Below are positions 1 to 9,512 of a DNA stretch of 13,335 bases, piece after piece. Source of the stretch: Octopus sinensis. Its lineage: Eukaryota. The stretch covers positions 1 through 13,335 of the forward strand of contig NW_021826173.1 in the NCBI RefSeq assembly GCF_006345805.1, read 5' to 3'. The notes under the pieces were generated by a model. It saw only the letters and a list, made by a program, of their open reading frames with translations. It was not told the origin of the DNA and did no database searches. The translations under genes and the position numbers were made by a program. How positions within the stretch are numbered: position 1 is the first letter of the stretch; each line of letters begins with the position of its first letter.

Positions 1-81
1 GTCATCATTGTCATCGTTGTTGTCATCAATATCACCATGGTCATCTTCGTCGTCATCAACCTTCATCATCATCATCACACC

Positions 82-133
<52 letters not shown>

Positions 134-362
134 CCATCACCATCACCATCACCTTCAGTATCACCCTCTTCACCCCTCTCTTCGTCCTCATCATCATCAT
201 CGATCTCATCCAGCTTCCCCTCCCCTCCATCTCCCTCCTTCACCTTCTTCTCCTCCACCTCCACTTCATCCTCATCTTCAATCTCTGCTTCTTCCTCCTC
301 CTCCTCCTCCTCCTGATCTACCTCATCATCATTATCATCATCATCATCATTATCATTCCACA
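1..362. repeat. Degenerate trinucleotide microsatellite, (CAT)n with (CTC)n/(CTT)n segments
   Basis: Visible catcatcat and ctcctcctc runs. These account for the poly-Ser and poly-Ile ORFs. Confidence 0.95.
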
Positions 363-427
363 TTAATTTTCTTTCTTTTCTTCTTTCTTTTTGCTCCACC
401 ATCCATTCCTCACATCGCTCATCTCTC

Positions 428-428
428 C

Positions 429-469
<41 letters not shown>
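428..469. repeat. (AT)n microsatellite
   Basis: Direct dinucleotide run. Confidence 0.95.
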
Positions 470-472
<3 letters not shown>

Positions 473-552
473 GTAGGGATTATAATTCCAAACTTACAGG
501 GAAAAATTCAATTTAGCAATTCTAAATCAAACCTTCACAATATATAATATAC

Positions 553-795
553 GTATATAATTAAGAGAAAAACCCCTATTAAACAATTCAATAAAGAAAG
601 ATGTTATTCACACCATATAAAAAAAGTCAAATATGCTATAGAAAACATTATTCTAAAAATCAATGTACTCTATTGTTTATGTACTCTATTGATTTTTAGA
701 ATAATGCTTTCTGTAGTATAATTCTAAATGGTGTGAATAACTTCTTTCACTATTGACTTGTTTAATAGTGGTTTTACTCTGAACTTTATACATAC
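553..795. repeat. Long imperfect AT-rich palindrome (foldback/MITE-like)
   Basis: Perfect 19-bp arms cattattctaaaaatcaat (646-664) / attgatttttagaataatg (688-706). Further paired blocks: gaaagatgttattcacacca / tggtgtgaataacttctttc and ctattaaacaattcaata / tattgacttgtttaatag. Confidence 0.85.
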
Positions 796-2199
796 ATACA
801 TACATACATACATACACACATACATACATACATACATACATACATTACATACATGCATGCATGCATACATACATACATACATATATACATACACACACAC
901 ATACATACATACATACATATATTCAGACAGACAGACAGACAGGCAGACATACATACAAACATACATACATACATACAAACATACAAACATACATACATAC
1001 ATACACACATACATACAAACATACATACATACATACATACATACATACAAACATACATACATACATACATACATACATACAAACATACAAACATACATAC
1101 ATACATACACACATACATACAAACATACAAACATACATACATACATACAAACATACATACATACATACATACATACATACATACATACATACATACACAT
1201 ACATACAAAAATCATACATACATACAATACATACAAAAAAAACAAACATACTACATACATAATACACATACATCAAACATACATACATACATACATACAT
1301 ACATACAAATATACATACATACAAATATACATACATACATACATACATACATTACATAATACATACATACATACATACATACATACATACATACAAACAT
1401 ACATACATACATGCATACAAACATACAAACATACATACATACATACATACATACATACATACAAATATACATACATACATACATACATACATACATACAA
1501 ATATACATACATACAAATATACATACATACATACATACATACATACATACAAACATACATACATACATGCATACAAACATACAAACATACATACATACAT
1601 ACATACATACACACATACATACATACATACATACATACATACATACATACATGCATACATACATACATACATACAAACATACATACATACATACATACAA
1701 ACATACATACATACATACACATACATACATACATACACATACATACAAACATACATACATACATACATACACATACATACATACATACATACATACATAC
1801 ATACAAATATACATACATACAAATATACATACATACATACATACATACATACATACATACATGCATACAAACATACAAACATACATACATACATACATAC
1901 ATACACACATACATACATACATACATACATACATACATACATACATGCATGCATACATACATACAAACATACATACATACATACATACAAACATACATAC
2001 ATACATACAAACATACATACATACATACAAACATACATACACATACATACATACAAACATACATACATACATGCATACAAACATGCATACATATCTACAT
2101 ACATACATACACACACACACACATACATACATACAAACATACATACACACACACATACATACATACATACATACCTACATACATACATACATATATATA
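787..2199. repeat. ~1.4 kb (ACAT)n tetranucleotide microsatellite with ACAA/ACAC/ATGC variants
   Basis: Direct reading. It is the source of the HTYI/MYVC ORFs. Confidence 0.97.
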
Positions 2200-2200
2200 T

Positions 2201-2842
2201 CGCTGATGTGGCCGATGACAGTACCGCCTGATTGGCACTTGTGCCAGTGGGACGTTAAAAGCACATCCGAGCATGGGGTGTAACCACCCCACTTACGAGT
2301 ACCCCTCATTCATTGGACAATGAACTTTGCTTGTGAAGACCTATTGACACAAGTGAAATCAAATCAAAATCGCTGGTTTGGCCCATGTCAGTACCACCTG
2401 ATTGGCACTTGTGCCAGTGGAATGTTAAAAGCACATCCGGGCGTGATTGTTTCTAGGGCCACAGATTGGCTCCTGTGCCGGTGTCACATAAAAAGCACCA
2501 TCCTTTCTAGGGCCACAGATTGGTTCCAGTGCCGGTGACACATAAAAAGCACCATCCGAGCATGATCGTTGCCAGCGTCTCCTTACTGGCACATGAAAAA
2601 ACAACATTTGAGCATGGTCATTGCCAGAACCGACTGACTGGCCCTCGTGCCAGTGGCATGTAAAAGCACCCACAACACTCTCGGAGTGGTTGGCGTTAGG
2701 AAGGGCATCCAGCTGTAGAAACATTGTCAGATCAGATTGAGCCTGGTGCAGCCTTCTGGCTCGCCAGCCCTCAGTCAAACTGTCCAGCCCATGCCAGTAT
2801 GGAAAGCAGACGTTAAATGACAAAGACGACAACGATAATGAT
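2201..2842 (+). mobile_element. Non-LTR retroelement 3' portion (SINE body or LINE 3'UTR), copy 1, with internal ~54-65 bp subrepeats and a degenerate (GAT/GAC)n tail
   Basis: Homologous to 9917-10564. They share cttgtgaagacc..caagtgaaatc, the subunits ending ..aaaagcacc, and cactctcggagtggttgg.gttaggaagggcatccagctgtagaaac..cccatgccag.atggaaagc.gac.ttaaa followed by a simple-repeat tail. Confidence 0.7.
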
Positions 2843-2847
2843 ATATT

Positions 2848-3622
2848 TATTTCATTATTACCCACCAAGGGGCTAAACATAGAGGAGACAAACAAGGACA
2901 GACAAAGGTATTAAGTCGATTACCTCGACCCCAGTGCGCAACTGGTACTTAATTTATCGACCCCGTAAGGATGAAACATAAAGTCGACCTTGGTGGAATT
3001 TGAACTCAGAACGTAACGGCAGACGAAATACCTATTTCTTTACTGCCCACAAGGGGCTAAACATAGAGGAGACAAACAAGGACAGACAAAGGTATTAAGT
3101 CGATTACCTCGACCCCAGTGCGCAACTGGTACTTAATTTATCGACCCCGAAAGGATGAAAGGCAAAGTCGACCTCGGCTGAATTTGAACTCAGAATGTAA
3201 CGGCAGACGAAATACCTATTTCTTTACTACCCACAAGGGGCCAAACACAGAGGGGACAAACAAGGACAGACAAAGGTATTAAGTCGATTACCTCGACCCC
3301 AGTGTGCAACTGGTACTTAATTTATCGACCCCGAAAGGATGAAAGGCAAAGTCGACCTTGGCGGAATTTGAACTCAGAACGTAACGGCAGACGAAATATC
3401 TATTTCTTTATTACCCACAAGGGGCTAAACATAGAGGAGACAAACAAGGACAGACAAAGGTATTAAGTCGATTACCTCGACCCCAGTGCGCAACTGGTAC
3501 TTAATTTATCGACCCCGAAAGGATGAACGGCAAAGTCGACCTCGGCGGAATTTGAACTCAGAACGTAACGGCAGACGAAATACAGTTAAGCATTTCACCC
3601 GGTGTGCTAATGCGTCTGCCAG
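2848..3622 (-). mobile_element. tRNA-derived SINE family A as a head-to-tail tetramer (184-bp period)
   Basis: Units start at 2848, 3033, 3217 and 3401 (+ coordinates). Only the rightmost unit has the full head with a box A-like region. All carry box B GTTCAAATTCC (- strand) and the central domain ggtcgactttgcctttcatcctttcggggtcgataaattaagtaccag. Confidence 0.88.
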
Positions 3623-3747
3623 AATGATATATATTAAAGTATTAATTATAAAGTGACAAATTTCAAGATCAATAGTACCTCTCATCAAAGCCGACATACA
3701 TCTAAACACAGGGGGTATATATAAGCCATTATGAATATGCAAACATA

Positions 3748-3865
3748 TCTTTATATATAAAAGTGAGGTTGTGTGCTGTCTGTCTCCTACGATTTAGATT
3801 CCTAACTACTCCCACATTTTGCAGTGCAGTTAAACCAAAACCGGGTATCTTATAGTCGTGATTTA
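3748..3865 (+). mobile_element. Possible 5' end of a non-autonomous Helitron
   Basis: A|TCtttatatataaaagtgag followed by tgtctgtc resembles typical Helitron 5' ends. No CTRR 3' end was found. Confidence 0.35.
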
Positions 3866-3927
3866 TATTGAGCCCTTCTGGAGGGCGCAGACCTCCACCA
3901 AGCAGCTCATTTCCACCCTTATACATG

Positions 3928-4418
3928 TGTAGTGACGTCATTTTCCAGTGTGCGTGTGTGGGACGTCATTCTTCAGTGTGCGTGTGCGGGGCTGGAACCT
4001 TCTGGAAAGGTCTAAGGAAGTTCCCTCATGCACATGTGCTAGAGACTGGGGAAGAAAATTCTATCGCATTCCTTGTTAGTGTCGTTGACTTGAGACACGG
4101 CTATTGAAGAGAAAGGACGTGTTTTTAAACGTGTGATTTAGCCTATTCTCCTGTCCCAGACACTTAGGATTTGACCTGCTCTGTTGCTGCTAAATTTGCT
4201 GTGAGGTTTATCTTACAAATGTTAAAATTCAGCCTTGCTATATCGAACCAAGTGGATACCAACGTGCTTCTTTTGTAAATAAGAAAATAAAGAGTCATAT
4301 ATATTTTTAAGGTTGTGTTCTTGTTCCTGACTGGTAGTTTCTGGAAACAAAAGAAAGGAAATTGTGTTGCACCCAAGTGGCACCCAAACAGTGTAAAGAA
4401 TCAACCAGTTCCTTTACA
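3928..4418 (+). mobile_element. Solo LTR, copy 1 (~490 bp; Ty3/Gypsy-like by its 4-bp TSD)
   Basis: TGTA...TACA termini flanked by CATG (3924-3927 and 4419-4422). Colinear with 5836-7067. AATAAA at 4286-4291 is conserved in both copies. Confidence 0.75.
3933..3940. promoter_or_regulatory. Perfect CRE/ATF palindrome TGACGTCA at the LTR 5' end (also 5841-5848)
   Basis: Exact motif at the equivalent position in both LTR copies. Function is not shown. Confidence 0.35.
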
Positions 4419-4427
4419 CATGCATGC

Positions 4428-4574
4428 CAAGGTCAACTTTGCCTTTCATCCTTTCGAGGTTGATAAATAAAGTACCAGTTTCGCACTGGGGTCGATATAA
4501 TCGACTCACTCCCTTCGTCTGTCCTTGTTTGCCCCCTCTATGTTTAGCCCCTTGTGGGTAATAAAGAAATATAT
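4428..4574 (+). mobile_element. 5'-truncated SINE family A copy with target-site duplication
   Basis: Reverse complement of the 2848-3622 unit, ending aataaagaaatatat. Flanked by the direct repeat acatgcatgc (4418-4427 and 4575-4584). Confidence 0.88.
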
Positions 4575-4708
4575 ACATGCATGCTGAAAATCGCCCAATT
4601 TCCCAACCCAACGCTGGCAAAAACGATACCTCCTTGGTGGAAAACGCCATGATAGATCGTTAGTTCCTACACGCATTTTTTTCTCTCCTTGTTTTTTTTT
4701 TCTGTGTA

Positions 4709-4746
4709 TCTTTCTGTCGAAGAGCGTAGGCTCGAAACGTTAAAGA
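4709..4746 (+). ncRNA. Minimal type I hammerhead-like ribozyme motif, array copy 1 (variant core CUGUCGA)
   Basis: tcttt-CTGTCGA-a-gagc(gtag)gctc-GAAA-cgt-T-aaaga. Stem I is 5 bp, stem II is 4 bp, stem III is the palindrome ACGU, and the cleavage triplet is GUU. Confidence 0.6.
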
Positions 4747-4950
4747 CTTGTTCTATTTCTATTCCTGAGCGCCATACTAATACATTTGTTTGTTTGTACT
4801 CCACCTGCCTTCGTCTTTTGTTTATTTTCGTAAACCTTCCCGTTATATATATATATATATTATATATATTATATATATTATATATATATATATATTGGAC
4901 CGTTAGCTCCTACACGCATTTTTTTCTCTCCTTGTTTTTTTTTCTGTGTA

Positions 4951-4988
4951 TCTTTCTGTCGAAGAGCATAGGCTCGAAACGTAAAAGA
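4951..4988 (+). ncRNA. Hammerhead-like motif, array copy 2
   Basis: Same layout. Loop II is atag and the cleavage triplet is GUA. Confidence 0.6.
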
Positions 4989-5084
4989 CTTGTTCTATTT
5001 CTATTCTGAGCGCCATGCTAATACATTTGTTTGTTTGTACTCCACCTGCCTTCGTCTTTTGTTTATTTTCGTAAACCTTCCCGT

Positions 5085-5117
<33 letters not shown>

Positions 5118-5167
5118 CCGTTAGCTCCTACACGCATTTTTTTCTCTCCTTGTTTCTTTTCTGTGTA

Positions 5168-5205
5168 TCTTTCTGTCGAAGAGCGTAGGCTCGAAACGTT
5201 AAAGA
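5168..5205 (+). ncRNA. Hammerhead-like motif, array copy 3
   Basis: Same layout, GUU triplet. Confidence 0.6.
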
Positions 5206-5302
5206 CTTGTTCTATTTCTATTCCTGAGCGCCATACTAATACATTTGTTTGTTTGTACTCCACCTGCCTTCGTCTTTTGTTTATTTTCGTAAACCTTCCC
5301 GT

Positions 5303-5334
<32 letters not shown>

Positions 5335-5388
5335 TGGACCGTTAGCTCCTACACGCATTTTTTTCTGTCCTTGTTTCTTTTCTGTGTA

Positions 5389-5426
5389 TCTTTCTGTCGA
5401 AGAGCGTAGGCTCGAAACGTAAAAGA
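5389..5426 (+). ncRNA. Hammerhead-like motif, array copy 4
   Basis: Same layout, GUA triplet. Confidence 0.6.
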
Positions 5427-5835
5427 CTTTTTCTATTTCTATTCCTGAGCGCCATACTAATACATTTGTTTGTTTGTACTCCACCTGCCTTCGTCTTTTG
5501 TTTATTTTCGTAAACCTTCCCGTTAAAAAAAAATAACACAGTCATATGATTTTTTTTTAAAAACCCTTTAAAAACAGGAACATCTGAAGCAGTTATAATA
5601 CATCAATGACAACAGCAAACTAGTTTCACCATAAAACTAAAAAGAAACAACAATTACCGAAAACTTGAGTGATACACACACAACATTATGGTCGAAAAAG
5701 TAAGAGTCGGTTACAGTGACTTGTGGACGCCGATCCTGGTTTTCATGTAAACACGATCTTTTCTGTTGGTTGTTCCTTCTCGAGCCATGCCTGGCTCATA
5801 AGGGCCGGTTTCCCGGTTTCCTTGGCGTATAGGTT

Positions 5836-7067
5836 TGTAGTGACGTCATTCTTCAGTGCGCGTGTGCGGGGGCTGGAACCTTCTGGAAAGGCCTAACGAA
5901 GTTCCCTCATGCACATGCGCTAAAAACTGGGGGGAAAATATTCTATCGCGGTCCTTGTTAGCATCGGTGACTTGAGACACGGCTATTGAAGAGAGAAGAC
6001 GTGTTTAACCCTTTTGTTACCATATTTCTGTTGAGATGCTCTGTGTTTCTTTCAATTGATTTTAAATATAACAAAGAATTTAGTAAAATAACTTAGTTAT
6101 CATTCAGCTAGTGTTAGGAACATAAAATGTGGCTAAGGTTTGGTGGAAGAATTTAATACAAAACTTATGAAAATAAGACATTTGTACTACAGAGCCAGAG
6201 CCGGTTTCAGCCGGGTTGGTATCGAAAGGGTTAAGAATTGTTTCTCTATTATATATTTTAACCCTTTCTTTACTGTATTTATTTTGAGATGCTCTGTGTT
6301 TCTGTCAATTAATTTTAAATATAACAAAGAATTTAGTAAAATAACTTGGTTATCATTCAGCTAGTGTTAGGAACATAAAATGTGGCTAAGGTTTGGTGGA
6401 AGAATTTAATACAAAACTTATGAAAATAAGACATTTGTACTACAGAGCCAGAGCCGGTTTCAGCCGGGTTGGTATCGAAAGGGTTAAGAATTGTTTCTCT
6501 ATTATATATTTTAACCCTTTCTTTACTGTATTTATTTTGAGATGCTCTGTGTTTCTGTCAATTAATTTTAAATATAACAAAGAATTTAGTAAAATAACTT
6601 AGTTATCATTCAGCTAGTGTTAGGAACATAAATTGTGACTAAGGTTTGGTGGAAGATTTTAATTCAAAACTTTTGAAAACAAGACATTTATACTACGGAG
6701 CCAAAGGCGGTTTTGACCGGGTTAGTATTGAAAGGGTTAACGTGTTATCAGCCTATGCTCCTGTCCCAGACACTTGGGATTTGATCGGCTCTGTTGCTGC
6801 TGGAGTTTTTTGTGAGGTTTATCTTTACAAATGTTTAACTTCAGTCTTGCTGTACCTACACCAAGTGGTTACCAACTTACCAATGTGCCTTCTTTATTAT
6901 GTAAATAACGAAATAAAGTGTCATATTTTCTAAGGTTGCTTTCTTGTTCCTGACGCCGGTAGTTTTTGGAAACAAAGAAGGAAATTGTGTTGCACCCAAA
7001 CAGTGCAAAAGACACAACCTGTTCCAGACAGTTCCTTTACAGTAATCACGTCGGGGTCACCACTACA
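5836..7067 (+). mobile_element. Solo LTR, copy 2 (500 bp after removing the 732-bp MITE insertion)
   Basis: Terminal inverted TGTAGTG...CACTACA, 4-bp TSD GGTT (5832-5835 and 7068-7071), AATAAA at 6912-6917, homology to 3928-4418. Confidence 0.88.
6009..6736. mobile_element. piggyBac-superfamily MITE trimer (three 222-bp units: 6009-6230, 6262-6483, 6515-6736)
   Basis: Each unit is TTAA|CCCTTT...AAAGGG|TTAA with a ~13-bp imperfect TIR (CCCTTTCGATACC-like) and a 253-bp period. The paralogous empty site in LTR copy 1 (gacgtgtttTTAAacgtg, ~4127-4136) has a single TTAA. Confidence 0.9.
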
Positions 7068-7294
7068 GGTTCCCCGCCTGGACGGGACGCCGGTCCGTCG
7101 CAGATGAACTGCAAGATGCAGGAGGAAAGAGTGAGAGAAAGTTGTGGCGAAAGAGTCAGCAGAAGTTTCGCCATTACCTTCTGCCGGAGCTGCGTGGAGC
7201 TTAGGTGTTTCGCTCATAAACACACATCGCCCGGTCTGAGATTCGAACCCACGGTCTCTCAAGGCCATGTGCCTCCACTCTCTTCTCTTTTTAA

Positions 7295-7648
7295 ATGGAT
7301 TAAGTCGATTACATCGACCCCAGTGCGTAACTGGCACTTAATTTATCGACCCCGAAAGGATGAAAGGCAAAGTCGACCTCAGCGGAATTTGAACTCAGAA
7401 CATAAAGACAAACGAAATACCTATCTCTTTACTACCCACAAGGGGCTAAACACAGAGGAGACAAACAAGGACAGACAAACAGATTAAATCGATTATATCA
7501 ACCCCAGTGCGTAATTGGTACCTATTTAATCGACCCCGAAAGGATGAAAGGCAAAGTCGACCTCAGCGGAATTTGAACTCAGAATGTAGCGGTAGACGAA
7601 ATACCGCTAAGCATTTCGCCCGGCATGCTAACGATTCTGCCAGCTCGC
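7295..7648 (-). mobile_element. SINE family A: full-length copy (7422-7648) plus a partial tandem copy (7295-7421)
   Basis: Complete head gcgagctggcagaatcgttagc...gagttcaaattcc on the - strand. The junction gaaatacc|tatctcttt matches the tetramer junctions. Confidence 0.88.
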
Positions 7649-8034
7649 AGCCTGTAAACATGATCTAGAAGACTAACATTGTTGGTGGTGGGCTTTTGGA
7701 CAAGTTGGCCTCACCCAAACTGTTGTTAAGATCTCATGGTTAGGGGAATCAAGGAATCCATGCTGACATCACCAAGGGCAATGGTCAGATGATTCCTTGG
7801 CAAAGATAAAAGAGCTATCTGTCTATTTGCGAAATTAAACCTACCTACCTACTTTACATCCTTCTGCGGTCAGTATTGTATCAATCATCCCTCAAGAGTC
7901 CATAGATATGTGAGCAAAATTACTAATAGAGAAACAACAATGCCACAACAGGTTACGTGGAAACGATGAATGGGCTTTCAAGGGAGATAATCAAAGAATG
8001 TAGCATAATACTTCATGTAAAGTAAATATAACAA

Positions 8035-8237
8035 ATGAAAAAATCCTTCAAGAATCCATAAAAATTCCTGGAGTACTACGAAAATTTCATCATTTGTTGC
8101 TTGTGTCATTACCAATTTTTCCTGCAAGTTTTATCAAATACCGTTCACAACTTTTTGAGTTATTTTGCACACAGACAGACAGGTGGACAAACCAACGCCG
8201 ATGAAAACATATCCTCCTTCTTTGGTGGAGGTAATTA
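8035..8237 (-). mobile_element. Helentron-type non-autonomous element end (HINE/DINE-1-like); may extend left to ~7760
   Basis: The - strand starts taattacctccaccaaagaaggaggatatgttttc (hairpin cctcc/ggagg), followed by a (TGTC)n tract and caaaataactcaaaaagttgtgaacgg. A possible opposite subTIR lies at ~7761-7777 (tgctgacatcaccaagg). Confidence 0.5.
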
Positions 8238-8245
8238 ACTGAACA

Positions 8246-9400
8246 ACAGTCTGGTAAATTGTCGCGAAATTTCGAAAGACTGGTTCTACTATTGATCAAC
8301 TTGGATGTGGCTGAAAAATCAGTGTTGGACCCCCTCAGCTTATGAAAAGTATGTGAGTAGAGATGCAGCAAAATCCTCATTGTGTCATCAGAAAACTGGG
8401 TGTCACAGCGAAAATAAGCTGAACATCGGTGTATTGAGCACTGAAGGAGAATCTCAGGATCCTCCCTTACAAGATGATCCACCGTCATGAGCTCATATGA
8501 GTTTATAAGGCCATGAGGCTGGAGAGAAGTCGTCTTATCCTGTGTCAGATTGCCAACAACACACTGTCCAACCTAGTGTTCACTGATGAAATATTTGACA
8601 TTGAACAGACAATAAACTACCAGATTGACCAACTTTGGGGTGCATCTGGCTCCATCGAGGGTGGACTCGTAAACCCACAGACGTCAACATCCACAGACGT
8701 CAAATCCACAGACGTCAAAATCCACAGACGTCAAAATCCACAGACGTCAAAATTCACAGACGTCAAAATTCACAGACGTCAAATCCACAGTTGTCAAATC
8801 CACAGAAGTCAAAATCCACAGAAATCAAATCCACAGACATCAAATCCACAGACATCAAAATAAATCCACAGACGTCAAATCCACAGATGTCAAAATCCAC
8901 AGACGTCAAATCCACAGATGTCAAAATCCACAGACGTCAAAATCCACAGTGAGTTATGCTTTGGGTATCTGTGGCAGCCACTAGAAGGTCTCCCTCATTT
9001 TTGTTGAAATTAAAACTCAGCGATACATTAGTGACATTCTAGAAGCTGAACTTCTTCCATGGATGAATGAACACTTTCAAGGCACATCTTGGAGCTTCCA
9101 ACAGGACTCAGCACCATCCCACAGCTCCAAACAGACACAACACTGGATTCAGAAAAAAACATTCCATTGTTCATAGGATAGGATGTATGGCTCTCAAGAA
9201 GACCTGATCTCAATCCGTTGGATTTTTCTGTTTGGTCCATTTTGAAGACAAGGACCTCGACATTCCTCATGCTTTATTCAATGCTCTAAAGGCAAAACTA
9301 TGCCAGGAATGGGCTTCGGTTCCATGAGAACAGCCGTGTGCCACATGTGAAGCTAAAATATACATACTTTTACTGATTAAATCAGTAAAATTATCAAAAG
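8246..9400 (+). pseudogene. Decayed Tc1/mariner-superfamily transposase, DD37D (maT-type), with stops, frameshifts and a minisatellite insertion
   Basis: Manual translation across frames gives TVW*IVAKFRKTGSTIDQ (HTH), LRILPYKMIHRHEL, LVFTDE (D at 8585), VMLW, FQQDSAPSH (D at 9105) and PDLNPLDFSVW (D at 9221). The spacing of 116 nt equals 37 intervening codons plus 2 extra nt in an A-run. Confidence 0.88.
8671..8949. repeat. Minisatellite of ~18 units of 15-16 bp (aaatccacagacgtc)
   Basis: Direct reading. It accounts for the KSTDV/NPQTS ORFs. Confidence 0.95.
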
Positions 9401-9477
9401 AATCTTAAGGACCGAGAAACAATTTCATGTCAGTACACAACCCTTAGCATTTCATTTACTTTGTAACTTCTGCCTGT

Positions 9478-9479
9478 TA

Positions 9480-9512
<33 letters not shown>

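Larger units (their letters stand above)
3868..4645. mobile_element. Small Helentron-type (HINE/DINE-1-like) element interrupted by a solo LTR and a SINE
   Basis: Subterminal inverted repeats tccaccaag (3894-3902) / cttggtgga (4633-4641). The end motifs gcgcagacctccaccaag and aaaacgatacctccttggtgg match the end type seen at 8205-8236. Confidence 0.5.
4652..5523 (+). repeat. Tandem array of four ~190-bp units separated by (TA)n spacers (Penelope pLTR/retrozyme-like)
   Basis: Units ~4652-4843, 4895-5084, 5113-5302 and 5334-5523 are near-identical. TA tracts lie at 4844-4894, 5085-5112 and 5303-5333. Each unit carries a hammerhead-like motif. Confidence 0.9.
5764..7276 (-). mobile_element. tRNA-derived SINE family B, split into a 3' part (5764-5835) and a 5' part (7068-7276) by solo LTR copy 2
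   Basis: Head ggaggcacatggcc..GGTTCGAATC (box B, + 7238-7250) with the box A region apparently deleted. The sequence rejoins across the GGTT duplication (..ggcgtataGGTT|ccccgcctggacggg..). The 3' tail hairpin gagcc-atgcct-ggctc is followed by an (AAC)-like end. Confidence 0.75.

Noticed and set aside
8-366. Poly-Ser and poly-Ile/His ORFs
   Set aside because: Trinucleotide microsatellite artefacts.
724-2292. Long ORFs up to 482 aa (HTYI/MYVC repeats)
   Set aside because: They are translations of the stop-free (ACAT)n microsatellite, open in several frames on both strands.
4652-5523. CRISPR-like appearance of repeat-plus-spacer arrays (also 8671-8949 and 10141-10389)
   Set aside because: Eukaryotic context, repeats of the wrong size, spacers that are microsatellite or absent, and no cas genes.
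6140-6933. Three similar short ORFs (MVEEFNTKL...)
   Set aside because: They reflect the MITE trimer, begin at non-ATG codons and show no transposase similarity.
3928-7067. LTR1 and LTR2 as the two ends of one full retrotransposon
   Set aside because: Each has its own TSD, they are clearly diverged, and the intervening DNA has no PBS, PPT or gag/pol.
7560-7648. tRNA gene (also the heads at ~3540-3622, 7230-7276 and 11740-11828)
   Set aside because: They have A/B boxes but no complete cloverleaf and continue into SINE bodies.
8583-8600. CTGATGA as another hammerhead core
   Set aside because: No stem II or GAAA partner with abutting stems. It is simply the T-D-E codons of the transposase.
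8513-8863. Intact 116-aa gene
   Set aside because: It is a fragment of the decayed transposase reading into the minisatellite, with flanking stops and frameshifts.
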